A stretch of 64,000 nucleotides of DNA from Chiloscyllium plagiosum. Its lineage: Eukaryota. Each line of letters begins with the position of its first letter. Position 1 is the first letter of the stretch. The notes under the pieces were generated by a model. It was not told where the DNA came from. It saw only the letters and a program-made list of their open reading frames with translations, and made no database searches. Where the stretch lies: contig NC_057750.1 of NCBI RefSeq assembly GCF_004010195.1, positions 8,599,524 to 8,663,523 on the forward strand, in the 5' to 3' direction. The translations under genes and the position numbers were made by a program. This document shows positions 1 to 11,960 of this stretch, piece after piece.

Positions 1-819
1 CTCTGGAAATGCTTCAGCTCCCCTCCGTTTAAGAAGCGAGCGCAGAAACTAAGTATTCTGACATTTCAGTACAGAGTTTGAAGTACATCTTTTTTCAGGG
101 AAAAAAAACCCTGTTTTTTATTTCAGTCTTTCTGTGTCAGAATGCAGCAACAATGAAAATCTCTGAGTGAAGTGAGTGTGCTGGAGACAGCCTTTTGTTT
201 CCTCTGCCACATGCAGTCATTGGTGTTGTCTCTTGCATATATTGATTTCGACAGTTTTAATGGTTGTTGATCTGTGTTAATAGCTCCTCAACGATGTAGA
301 TTTGTCAAGGACTAGCTTCCCAGTATTAACCTCGCTGTCTGTTTCTGATTAGACAGGCAGTTCTATAGGATTCTCGGCCCTAGCTCTTACTGCATTAAAA
401 AATCATAGAATGGTTACATCCCAGAAGGTGGCCTTTCAGCCTACTAGGTCTGTGCTGACTGTCAGAAACTGTAAAGTTATTTTGTACCATTCATCTGCCT
501 TTTCTCAGTAGCCTTGCAAGTTCTTCCTCTTCAGAGAGTAATTACATTTTCTCTTGAAAGTCATCTCCTCCTCACTCTGTAATCACAACCAGATCCCAGT
601 CACTCACTAAATGAAGAAAATTCTCCACATTGTTGATGCTTAGTTACAGCTGTGTGTACCATCTAAAAGATGCACTGTAGCAACTCACCAACACTCCTCT
701 GACAGCACTATCCCAAACCTGTGACCACTGTCCTGTACAAGGACAACGGCAGTAGGTACATGGGAACATCACCCCTGCAGTTCCCCTCCCAGCCACTCAC
801 CATCCCGATTTGGAAATGT

Positions 820-1155
820 TTTATTCACTCGCAGGATGTGAACGACGCTGGCAAGGCCAGCATTTATTGCCCATCGCTAGTTGCCCAGAGGGCAGTTAGG
901 AATCAACCATTATACTGTGAGTCTGGAATCACTATGTATAGGCCAGACCAGATAAGAATGGCAGTTTCCTTCCCTAAAGGACATTAGTGAACCAGATGGG
1001 TTAGTTTCAGCAATCGACAATGGATTCACAGTCATCATTAGACTCCTAATTCCAGGTTCTTATTGAATTCATATTGTACCATCCGAGTCCCCAGAATAAG
1101 ACCTGGAGTCTCTGGATTTACAGTCCAGTGATAATGCCACTAGGCCGTCACCTCC
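820..1155 (-). mobile_element. tRNA-headed SINE family 'B' (tail gggcaataaatgctggccttgccagcgtcgttcacatcc)
   Basis: Multi-copy: related sequence at about 7490-7745(-), 12075-12570(+), 32750-33050(+), 35890-36095(+), 40590-40820(+), 45570-45893(+), 50795-50970(-) and 56240-56520(-). Confidence 0.7.
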
Positions 1156-1584
1156 TCAGAGGGGAAATAGTCCTAAATGGCCTACCCTGTATCCTTAGAT
1201 CTTTCATTGCCACTGACAAAACCCTTACAGGGCGTGACAAAGTAAAAGTGGAGAGGGTGCTTCCCCCTGCTGAGGTTGGGGGAGGTAAGATGGATCAGAA
1301 AGAGCGACACAGTCTCTGGATAATGGGTGTGGCATTGATAACGGAGACAAGGAGGAATTTCTTCATTCAGAGGTGAATCTTTGGAATTTTGTACACTGTG
1401 ATAACTCAATCACTGAGTGTGTTCAAAACAAAAGATTGATGATCTGGATATTCATGTCATCAAAGGATATGGAGCTAATGGGGAAAATGGTGTTGGTTGA
1501 TGATCTGCCGTGATCTGATTAAATAACAGATCTGTTTAAGTACTGCTGCTTCTGTTCCATTGATTCTTGGATTTTTTCTTTCAC

Positions 1585-1795
1585 AGTAAAAAGTAAAGTC
1601 ACCATAGTTCTGGTGTCTCATTAGAGAGAGATGACTGGTGGTGGTTTAACCTGAGAATCACCAAACCTCAGGTGAGGGGAGAGATTAAGATGGTGGGACT
1701 TTCATGGTAACTTCAGCTGGCGAGGAATTTGAACCCTGTGTGTGTCACTCTACAACACAAACCAACCACCAGCCAACTAAGCTAACCAATCCCCT
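1585..1795 (-). mobile_element. tRNA-headed SINE family 'C'
   Basis: The minus strand starts ggttagcttagttggctgg...gggttcaaattcc (A/B boxes) and ends ctatggtgactttacttt. Copies at about 29570-29795, 38975-39105 and 59010-59205 (all -). Confidence 0.7.
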
Positions 1796-1809
1796 CCCTT
1801 GACAGTAAT

Positions 1810-1962
1810 TGTCTGGTTTCTGGATTAGTGGTGCTGGAAGAGCACAGCAGTTCAGGCAGCATCCGAGGAGCAGTTCCTCGGATGCTGCCTGAACTGCTGT
1901 GCTCTTCCAGCACCACTAGTCCAGAATCTGGTTTCCAGCATCTGCAGTCATTGTTTTTACCT
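1810..1962. mobile_element. Foldback PLE-terminus insertion (52-bp inverted repeat)
   Basis: Arms 1818-1869 and 1875-1926 (1 mismatch) with a 5-nt loop. The sequence is a variant of the PLE tail (gatgctgcctga...ttccagca...ccagcatctgcag). Possible TSD AGTAAT at 1804-1809 and 1963-1968. Confidence 0.75.
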
Positions 1963-3679
1963 AGTAATCACCTGGCGTTAAACCTGACCAGGGTTTGAAA
2001 TCCACGTATAATTTGTGCACTACTATGGGAGAGTGTGTTCCAAATTTCAGTTTCTGACAACTGTGACAGCTTTATGGAAATGGAACATTGGCTGTACAGT
2101 ATCCCAAATCAGATTGTCTGAAAACTGGTCTTGTCCAAGAACTGGACGTTTTGTAAATTTTTAAGAGTATAGGTGATATATGATGCAGGTTGTTATCTGC
2201 TATGAATATCCATTAGGATAGCAAGTTGAAGGATATGAATCAGTGCAAGGCCAAACTGTTGTGGAGAATAGAACAGTGCCTTCATTTAATGCCACAGACT
2301 AAGGCTGTTTTGTACCCTTTTTGACCTGCAAGACTTCAAATTAGGAACAGGAGTCGGCCGTTGGTCTCTTGAACCATTTTGTAGATCATGGCTGATCTGA
2401 TTATAGACTCAACTCCATTTTCCCACTGACTCCAATAATCATTGACTCCCTTGTCAGTCAAGAATTTGTCCAACTTAGTCTTAAAAATACTCAATGACCC
2501 AGCCTCCACTGCTGTCTGGGGAAGAGAGTTCCAAAGTCACAATCCTCTTGAGAGAAAATATTTATCTTCATCTCTGTCTTCAATGAGAAACTCTTAGTTT
2601 TAAGCTGCATCCCCTAATTCTAGACATTTCCACAAGGGAAACTATCGTCACTGTGTGCACCCTCAGGATCAAGCAGAGGATAGGTGTAGATTTAAATTAC
2701 TTCTGTTAATTCAGGTGACAAAGTTGTCGAGCACCGTTCTTGAGTATTAAATCCACGCACCCATTGACTAAGAAATATTGGCGAATACTTCTTTACGTTT
2801 GACACAAAGTGCCTGACATGAAAATGATTTGTGTGCAGAAAGCAAATGTAACATGCTGAAGCTGACACAGCCAGAACTAAAATCTGGGGAGCTACAAAAG
2901 TCAGCAGGGTTTCCTTCCCCTGAAGGTGCTGGATTTTGGATATCGTGCACGTGACGTGCTTTTGACTGTCCTGAGGGTCGCAAAATTTTTGCTTTTCTTT
3001 CTTTCTGTCCGTTGCTCTTATCTTCTAACAGCAGCAGCCCTTCCACCCCCTGCCTTCTGAAGGAAACACAAATGACAGTCTCCGTCTGACGCTAAGGAGT
3101 GTTTGAGCCCAAACCAAAGCTGACACTAACCCGGCACAAAAGCCCATAAACGTACCCCTTCTCCACCCTGGTTAACTGGATTGAAAACATTGATTTAGTA
3201 AGTTCTTTGAAGAGACTCTCCTGATTGACATTCCAAATAGGGATCTGCGATTGATTTTGATAAAGAGTAAAATCTCCCATTCTCGCAACACCTTCATCCT
3301 CCTTTATCCCCTGGGGTTCTGTTAAATCAAGCAGATGTTTTAATAGGCACAGGAGGAGGCAATCATCGGAATTTGATCGTAAAATGCGTCAACGGTGGGA
3401 TTCCATTTTCAAAGTGCTTGCTTGCTAATCATTGCTACTCAGGGGTTTATGCTGAAACCGTGGCAGATTGGGCCTTGGATATCTAAGCTCCTGTGAATTT
3501 TCATTTTGAGTCAAAACCTGCAAAACAAGCAGCTCTTGCACAAATAGAATATAGAAATGTATACGGCACAGAACAGGCTACTCATCCTCTCACGTAAATG
3601 CTGGTTGAGAAAATGCTGACAAGTCTTATCCCATCTTCAATTTTTTGTTCTGTATCCTTTGGATGGGTTAGTCTTGGGC

Positions 3680-4088
3680 TTGGTGGACAGCACCCTACTC
3701 ATAGTTCCAGATTCAAGTCTCACTCGTCAGACTTAACTGCACAAATTCAGGGGCACCTATTAGTGCAGTGCTGAGGGGGTGTTGCTCTGACAGTGGTTTT
3801 AGATGAAGCATTAAACCAAAGCCTCATCTGCCTACTTGAGTGGATGTACAAGGTCCCATGGCATTATTCTCAAGGTGCAGAGGATGTCTGCTCATTTTTC
3901 TGGATAGTGTTTATCCTTTATTCGATGACTCTAAAACGGATGATCTGGTCATTGTCACATTGCTGTGTGGGATCTTGCTGTGAATGAATTGGGTGTTGTG
4001 TTTCTTACAACTGCATTACGTAAGTAGATATGAAGTACTTTCAGCTGCCTGGTGGCCAAGGAAAATTCTGTATAAATGCAATACTTTA
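3680..4088 (+). mobile_element. Deu-domain SINE (SacSINE1/AmnSINE1-like)
   Basis: gcagtgctgaggg...ttaaacc...gtggatgtac..ggtcccatggcatt...atctggtcattgtcacattgctgtgtgggatcttgctgtg...tataaatgcaa. Confidence 0.75.
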
Positions 4089-4384
4089 TTTCAAGCGGAT
4101 AGCTTTTTAAAAAAAATTTGATGAGAGTTTCTTCCTGAGTTGCTATTTACATTGCAGGAGTGCACGGACTTTCTCTCGTCTCACTGCTGCAAAGGTCACA
4201 ATGTATAGTTAATCTTTTTACAACTTTCTGATGTGACCAATCATACTTAGAAGACACAAGTAGTTATTGTGGTACTGTTCCTACCTTTAAGCCAGGAGGT
4301 CCGTGTTCAATTTCCACCTGCTTCAGAGGTGTGTCATAACATGTCTGAACATGTTGGTTAGATAATATCTATAATAAAAAAGCA

Positions 4385-4615
4385 AACAGACACACTTTTC
4401 ACACACACATACTTATGGATGTCCACACACTTACAAACATGTATAATCATAGGTATATATACACACACACACACAAACTCTCTCACACACACTTAGGTTG
4501 CACACACTCATAAATGCACACAAACGCGGACCAGCATAGATGCACACATACACTCTTTCTGGCACACAGGCAATCATAAATGCACACACATTCACAGACA
4601 TGTACACAAACAAAC
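4385..4615. repeat. Degenerate (CA)n-rich low-complexity tract
   Basis: Interrupted acacac runs. Confidence 0.85.
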
Positions 4616-5119
4616 AGAGGAAATAAGACAGATATCTCTCTGCAGATTCCCTGAAACAAACACGTTTGTCTAATAAATCTTAGTCCTTAAAGGCAAAAAG
4701 GGAAAAGTTTGAGATATTCAGATGGCTGGCTGTCTGGCAAGCTAGCACAAAGACAGAGATCGCTGAACACATGTTGTTGGGCATCCTTGCAGACATTCAG
4801 GAAATATTGACCATTACTTTCAGAGGTTTCTCCTGCAAGAGAAGCTGGACCAGGCTCCAGGTACCACATTGGAACCATAACACACATTCTTTTCCAGAAA
4901 TAGGAGTGCTAAGCTGGGAAGATTTTCTCCTTTCAGCAAGTTTCTTTCCAACTGAAAATCCAAATAATTTCCAAGCAAAATTAGCTTCCTCCCAGCAGTA
5001 AAAACAGTCAGGCATTTTTCTTTACAGCGAATTCAAGCAAATGAGACTCAGAATTATCTGGGCTGAAACTTTATTGCTGGAACAGCACAGCAGGTCAGGC
5101 AGCATCTAGGGAACAGAAG

Positions 5120-5155
5120 ATTCGACGTTTCGGGCACATGCCCTTCTTCAGGAAT
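5120..5155 (-). ncRNA. Minimal type-I hammerhead ribozyme motif (PLE terminus, inverted copy)
   Basis: Reverse complement is ATTC-CTGAAGA-A-GGGC-ATGT-GCCC-GAAA-C-GTC-GAAT: conserved core CUGANGA/GAAA, helix II GGGC/GCCC, helix I AUUC/GAAU, GUC cleavage triplet. Confidence 0.8.
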
Positions 5156-5225
5156 GAGCAGAGAGTGTTCAGCAGGAGAAGATAAAAGGTAGGGAGGAGG
5201 GATCCCTGCTGAACACTCTCTGCTC

Positions 5226-5261
5226 ATTCCTGAAGAAGGGCATGTGCCCGAAACGTCGAAT
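5226..5261 (+). ncRNA. Minimal type-I hammerhead ribozyme motif (PLE terminus)
   Basis: ATTC CTGAAGA A GGGC ATGT GCCC GAAA C GTC GAAT; predicted cleavage after C5257. Confidence 0.8.
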
Positions 5262-5299
5262 CTTCTGTTCCCTAGATGCTGCCTGACCTGCTGTGCTGT

Positions 5300-6159
5300 N
5301 NNNNNNNNNNNNNNNNNNNNNNNNNNNNNNNNNNNNNNNNNNNNNNNNNNNNNNNNNNNNNNNNNNNNNNNNNNNNNNNNNNNNNNNNNNNNNNNNNNNN
5401 NNNNNNNNNNNNNNNNNNNNNNNNNNNNNNNNNNNNNNNNNNNNNNNNNNNNNNNNNNNNNNNNNNNNNNNNNNNNNNNNNNNNNNNNNNNNNNNNNNNN
5501 NNNNNNNNNNNNNNNNNNNNNNNNNNNNNNNNNNNNNNNNNNNNNNNNNNNNNNNNNNNNNNNNNNNNNNNNNNNNNNNNNNNNNNNNNNNNNNNNNNNN
5601 NNNNNNNNNNNNNNNNNNNNNNNNNNNNNNNNNNNNNNNNNNNNNNNNNNNNNNNNNNNNNNNNNNNNNNNNNNNNNNNNNNNNNNNNNNNNNNNNNNNN
5701 NNNNNNNNNNNNNNNNNNNNNNNNNNNNNNNNNNNNNNNNNNNNNNNNNNNNNNNNNNNNNNNNNNNNNNNNNNNNNNNNNNNNNNNNNNNNNNNNNNNN
5801 NNNNNNNNNNNNNNNNNNNNNNNNNNNNNNNNNNNNNNNNNNNNNNNNNNNNNNNNNNNNNNNNNNNNNNNNNNNNNNNNNNNNNNNNNNNNNNNNNNNN
5901 NNNNNNNNNNNNNNNNNNNNNNNNNNNNNNNNNNNNNNNNNNNNNNNNNNNNNNNNNNNNNNNNNNNNNNNNNNNNNNNNNNNNNNNNNNNNNNNNNNNN
6001 NNNNNNNNNNNNNNNNNNNNNNNNNNNNNNNNNNNNNNNNNNNNNNNNNNNNNNNNNNNNNNNNNNNNNNNNNNNNNNNNNNNNNNNNNNNNNNNNNNNN
6101 NNNNNNNNNNNNNNNNNNNNNNNNNNNNNNNNNNNNNNNNNNNNNNNNNNNNNNNNNNN
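5300..6159. other. Assembly gap (860 N)
   Basis: Run of N; the four long poly-X ORFs in the track are artefacts of it. Confidence 1.
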
Positions 6160-6368
6160 ATAGTTAGGTCAGGATCACGGTGAAGCAGACTGGGATCACA
6201 TTTAATTAGGTCAGGATCACAGTGAACCAGACTGGGATCACGGATAGTTAGTCTCCTCCGACCTATCACCCTCACCTTGACCTCTTTCCACCTATCACAT
6301 TTCCAACGCCCCTCCTCCAAGTCCCTCCTCCCTACCTTTTATCTTCTCCTGCTGAACACTCTCTGCTC

Positions 6369-6404
6369 ATTCCTGAAGAAGGGCATGTGCCCGAAACGTC
6401 GAAT
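6369..6404 (+). ncRNA. Minimal type-I hammerhead ribozyme motif (PLE terminus)
   Basis: Identical to 5226-5261; predicted cleavage after C6400. Confidence 0.8.
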
Positions 6405-8259
6405 CTTCTGTTCCCTAGATGCTGCCTGACCTGCTGTGCTGTTCCAGCAATAAAGTTTCAGCTTTGATCTCCAGCGTCTGCAGACCTCACTTTCTCCTCA
6501 GAATTATCTGGAACCATGTAGTTTCCAAGCAATGTCTTGTTTAGAAAAATGTTTCAATGTGCCTTTTCAATGTCATTATATAAAAAAATCTAGGTATCTA
6601 CAAAGAACTGAGAATAAATCTATTTTTCCACAATCCTTCAAAAAAAGTACTTTTAAAAAAAGAAACACGAAACCATCATAAAACCTGTAACATCCTTTCA
6701 GAACTCCATTATCCTCAGGCTAAACTCTTTGCCTTGAGCTTCCCCCCCACCCCACAATTTCTTTACCAATTATTTTAAATCTTTGATTTCTGGTTCCTGA
6801 TGAAGTTCCTTCATGTCTCTAGATCAGGTCCACCTCTGATGATTGGCTTTACCAATTCTGTACTACTGTTTTGCTCACTCCTGGTGGCTGCCAGGGTCCT
6901 GTGGCCAAAGGGACAGGCTGTCCTGTCATGCCACGGAGGCAGTGACAAGTTAGTTGGCTTGTGAGGTATCACAGTTCACACTAATCTTATCCTCTACCAA
7001 TGTGTGAGAATGCAGTCATGATTTAGCAGGAGGTTAACAGGTAACAATTAGGAGATAGGACATTGGTTGAATTACACCCTCCCTCTACCACCCCCTCGTA
7101 TGACTGAGCCCAACTCAACACAGGCCATGATTCAAATATGGGATATTCCTGGCTGATATAACCAACTTCCATCCAATAGAATGTACCTATTATTGAGACT
7201 GCAAGTATATTATGGAACTGAGCCAAAGAGAGAACCTCATTCAATTAAAAACTATTCAGTCATGGTAAATCAGTGGTCCAAGGAATGCATTTTGAAGAAC
7301 ATCAGGGAAGATCCTCCATTTATCCTTTAATCAATGTAACTAAAATTCATGGGGAAATGTCTCCGTCAAAGCCATCCCTCAGCTTCCGACACTCCAAGAA
7401 AAACAGCCCCAACCTATTCAATCTCTCCCTATTGCTCAAAACCTCCAACCCTGGCAACATCCTTGTAAATCTTTTCTGAACCCTTTATTGCCCGTTCTGA
7501 ATTGTTCAGAGAGCCGTGATGAATTGCCCATGGCTTTCTAGGTCATTAAGAGTGGGTCTGGGGTCATGTCTATTCCAGACTGAGTGAGGAAGACATATTT
7601 CATTCTATAAAATGAAAGTAAATTACTGAACTAGATGGCTGTATAACTTCTTATATTGAATACAGATTTCACCATCTGCTAGGGCAAGAACCAAGCCCAG
7701 GACCCTAGCATACAAGCATGGGATTCTGAGTCATTGCCACTCCTCCATCCTCATTTGGCAATATAGACAGGCAGCCTCTAACTAAATTAGTTCCCAGGTT
7801 TCTGTTCTGAAGCCTCATTCCTCTGCTTAAGAATGTGCAATGCTGAAGCTTGTGCCTACCCATTAGTAGATTGTGGGTTGATGTTCCCTTTCAGACATGA
7901 GTGACAAAAATGGAAGCAGATACTAAGTGCGTGCTGCACTGTCAGAAGTGCCAATCTGAAACTAAGTGCTCCCTGATTGAAGTGAAACAAAGAATTCTAT
8001 GGCACTCCTTTGAAGAAGAAGGGTTGGTGTTGGGGGTTGCACTCTCCAATATCCTGACCCATATTTTCCCCTCAATCAACATTATTAAAATTCATTGGGC
8101 AAGACTTGTAATGTCACAGGGCTCATAATTAAAAAGTCCAAGCTTGTACTTTGGGTACACAAGTTCAAATCCCATTATATTAGCAAGTTGAATTCAACTC
8201 ATCTAATTAAGAAATTCATTTTTTTTAATTGAACATCTGAATCAAGTCTCAACGATGGT

Positions 8260-9238
8260 GATTTTTACACCCAGACACCAGGCGTGGTTCTCTGATTTTT
8301 AGGGCTGAAGACAGGATACCCCAAATCGTTAAGGTCCCAGGTGAGGAGGGATGAACTAGTTCCTCATCTTAATTCATTCATCTCCTTGGTTGGCTCCAAC
8401 AAGGTTAATTTGAAACAGATCCATCCCTTGTGAAGACCTGTCCCAGACCAAAATGAACTGATGTTTTAAGAGGAGCTAATTTGACCTGACTTTCTTGAGT
8501 TAGCAAGAGAATTGAGTTTATTAATTACTAAATGCAAAAATAATTTGTAATAAGAGTAAGAAGGGAGTTCAGTAAAAGATAAAAATTGGTAAATATGCAG
8601 ATCGGTCTCTTTGGGGGTTGTTTATGGAGAGTAGATAATGGAACTTTGATAGTGAAACAGTTGGTCTTTGGATCATTTCCTTTTGCAGGTTAGTTTATTC
8701 TTTGTGATTTCTCCTTTGATGGTGGTTGATGTCAAGGTTTAAAGCATGAGAGTCCTTCTGTTCTTTTGTTTCCTTTTAACTGACTTGTTAATTAGCTGGC
8801 TTCCAGTACTCAAAGTGAGAGGTTCTTTTACCTGTAATGCAGGGTTGACAGGGTGCTTCTTTAACAATGACCATCAAAAAACACTCAAATTCAAAGCAAA
8901 CTAGTTCACTTTCTCCCACTAGCACACAAAGGCTAGGGTTTTAGTTGATTTTTAACCTTTTTTTGTCTATTCCTGGAAGAGCAAAACACAAAAGTTGTCT
9001 GCAAGAGATAGCTTTCTGCTGAGAAGGGGGAAGATAGTCAGCCCTTTTGTTATCTCTTTCTCAGGGTCAGAAGTTTTCCTGACACCCTGCAGTTGTGAAA
9101 TTCCATTTATACTTCACAGGACATAGCCAGATAACAATGCATTTGTGTCTGCAATAGGTCTTGTTCTTAAAAAAAGCTTACATTTGAAATTGAAAGTTAA
9201 AAATGTCCATAGTTCTTCAGGATTCTGATCTATCACAT
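8260..9238. mobile_element. About 980-bp insert splitting a SINE; possible solo LTR
   Basis: SINE-B-like head sequence at about 8100-8260 resumes at about 9240. The insert is bounded by TG...CA-like ends (reads TGTGATAG... on -). No TSD could be confirmed. Confidence 0.3.
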
Positions 9239-11612
9239 GACAGCAGCCATGAACCTATCATCAATTGCCATTCAGACTGATTGGGTTTACTGATGCCCTG
9301 TAATAAACCAGGGAAGCATAGTGGCCTTCTCCACATCCCATGAAAAAGACAAAGAAAATTTTATCAAGTTATATTGCTATTTGTGGCAGCTTGCAGTGCG
9401 CACATTGTCAGTGTTTCTATGAGGCAGGAATGACTGCACTTTGAAAGCACCCCGTAGACTGCAAAGAGCTTTGGGCTGCCCTAAGGTTATACAAGGTACT
9501 ATATAAATGCAAGTTCTAGTCTTATTTATATTGCTGTCTCTTCATTCTCCTGGCTTTCTGGGTATTGTCTGCTCTGAAATCTCTCATTGTAGCCAGGGCT
9601 ATGGGATCACTAACAAATTGTATGGAAAGTAATTGCTGCTAATGCCAATTCGGTGATGTCAGGGACAATCTCATCCCAGGACAGGTCAAAGCCTGAAAAT
9701 CAACCCATCACCATCACCCAGGCTGAGGGGAAATGACTGAATCCAGATTATGATTACAGCCGGAAGGTCCTCAACTTTGGAAGTGAACATGCTGAATACT
9801 CAAAGCTCCTACCTACACTGCAGCAAACAACAACTGGCCATGTGGGACCTCTACCCCATGGGGCCTTGTGGAATGGGCACAAAGAGAAGAACCTTAACCT
9901 CCTCTTCATCTGAGACATAGCATTACAAGAGGCATGTTTGTCTGAATGACTGCACTCCCTTTCCCCATGTTGTCGTCATGATGCTGCACTGAAAAATTCT
10001 GGGGAAAATGTCAAGCAGCAGAAAATTTGTCATATTTAATTTAGTTTGATGACAGATGATGCACTGTGATTTGTCTTGCTGTCTCTCTGAGCTAACGTGA
10101 CTGTCCTTGACAGCTGCCAGTCAAGTGCAAGACCCCCAAACAGAGGTCACAAAAATCAATTCTGATGAATAATATGTTGATTTATCTTTGGGATACGACA
10201 GTAACTGTTCAATTCATTTTTAACCCTTTCCCTTCAATCTGAGATCAAGGCTTCCTTAATGTAGTTAAAAGCAAATACAGTGAGATAGCAGAACGTTGCA
10301 TGTTGATAGATTTGCAGTATTGCCTTGTCCGCACTTCTACCATGGCTGAAATACTACCTGTTGCAGCCTCAGAGTTTTAGAGATTTGTGATTTAAGTCCC
10401 AATAGAACTGAGAACAAAATTAAGGGTGACGACAGCACATAGGAAGCAAGAGCAGCAGTTTATGCCCTCAATTTTTATTTTACATGGTGAGTTTTTATGA
10501 TCTAGAACCCACTACAAGGGGTCCCTGATTTATGAATGTGCGATTCACAACTTCTGGTACTTACAAATGCAGTCCTGTATAGGGGTATGATTTTAAAAAC
10601 CCAACATACAAACATTTTTTGTGCTCATAGACAGCTGTTTTACATTGTTCTGATTTGTGCATCAAATAAACTTGCGAATGGACTCGAGCATGAAACCCAT
10701 TCTCAACCCAGGGACTCGTGGAAACAGTTTCAGCAATAATCTTTGAAAGGGAGCTGGTTAAATACTTGATAGATGAACATTTGCAAGGCTACAGGGAAAG
10801 AGTACAGATAGTGGGACTAATTTCTAACAGCTAACACAGACACAATGTGCCTTCTGAGATCCAGACCCCCTTAGGGTCTGCTATTTGATAAGATCTTAGC
10901 TCCAGGTGCTGCCTGATCACTTTCCCTATCATCCTTGACTCCTCTGTAGTTCAGAAGTCTGTCTGTCTCAACTTTGAATATGTTTACAGACCAGGCCTCT
11001 CAGATCGTGAATGTCAAAGATTAATGACCCTTTGAGAGAAGAATTTCTACCTCGTGTACAGCTTAATGGGTGACCCCTCATTCTGAAACACCTTGTCATC
11101 GATAACCCCTGCGGGTAAACACCCTCTTAGCAAGCCACCTTGTCAAACCTCCTCAAATCATATTTGTCGATAAAATTATCTCCCTGGCAAATGCATTTTG
11201 AGATCCTTTTATTTTATTTGCTTATGGGATGTAGATTTTGCTGGCAAGGTGAGCATGTATTCCCTATCCCTAATTGCCTTTGAGAAGGAGCCTTCTTGAG
11301 CCACTGTGGTGTATGGTCTTCCACAATGCCTTTAGGAAGGGAGTTCCAGGATTTTAACCCAGTGACACTGAAGGAACAGTGACATATTTCCAAATCAGGA
11401 CGGTGGGTGACTCGGAGTTTAACTTGCATTGATTAACCCCATTGCGCCACTCTGCCTTGCCAGATTAATCAGTGTCATCTGTACTTGCCCTCACAGTGCC
11501 CAGGACCCAAGTTTGACTCCAGTCTTGGGTGACTATTCCTCCGACATGACCCCACTCCCCATCCAAAAGCAGGCTGTGTTTCTACCATTACGCCTTTGTC
11601 CTCTACATATAC

Positions 11613-11950
11613 CGTAGAACCCCTACAGTATGGAAACAGGCCATTTGGCCCAACAAGTCCACAGCAACCCTCCAAAGAGTATCCCACCCAGACCCATTTC
11701 CCCTACCTTTCCCATGACTAACGCATCTATCCTGCACGTCCCTGAACACTATGGGCAATTTAGCATTGCCAAATCACCTAACCTGCACATCTTTGAAACG
11801 TGAGAGGAAACCGTAGCAGCCGGAGGAAACCCATGCAGACACAGGGAGAATGTGCAAACTCCATACAGACAGTCGCCTAAGGTTGGAGTTGAACCTGAGT
11901 CCTGGGCATTGTGAGGCAACAGTGTTAACTACTGAGCCACTGTACCACCC
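11613..11950 (-). mobile_element. HE1-type V-SINE
   Basis: tRNA-like head, V-domain (GGAGTTTGCACATTCTCCCTGTGTCTGCATGGGTTTCCTCCGG on -) and CR1/HER1-like tail. Confidence 0.88.
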
Positions 11951-11960
11951 TAAGAAACGA

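Larger units (their letters stand above)
5062..6496 (+). mobile_element. Young Penelope-like element (PLE) insertion: inverted plus direct terminal-repeat copies, spanning an assembly gap
   Basis: 15-bp TSD CTCAGAATTATCTGG at 5047-5061 and 6497-6511. An inverted terminal copy (5062-5202) is followed by direct copies (5205-5299 and 6160-6496). The terminus is homologous to the one after the GIY-YIG coding region at 46895-47890. Confidence 0.85.

Noticed and set aside
5169..6320. Long ORFs of 295-383 aa
   Set aside because: They consist almost entirely of X from the 860-N gap.
7273..7479. ORF containing FEEHQG, faintly like the upstream NPAS exon (FE.HLG.HILQ)
   Set aside because: There is no HILQ/GT donor or convincing acceptor, and the 3' part is an antisense HER1 fragment.
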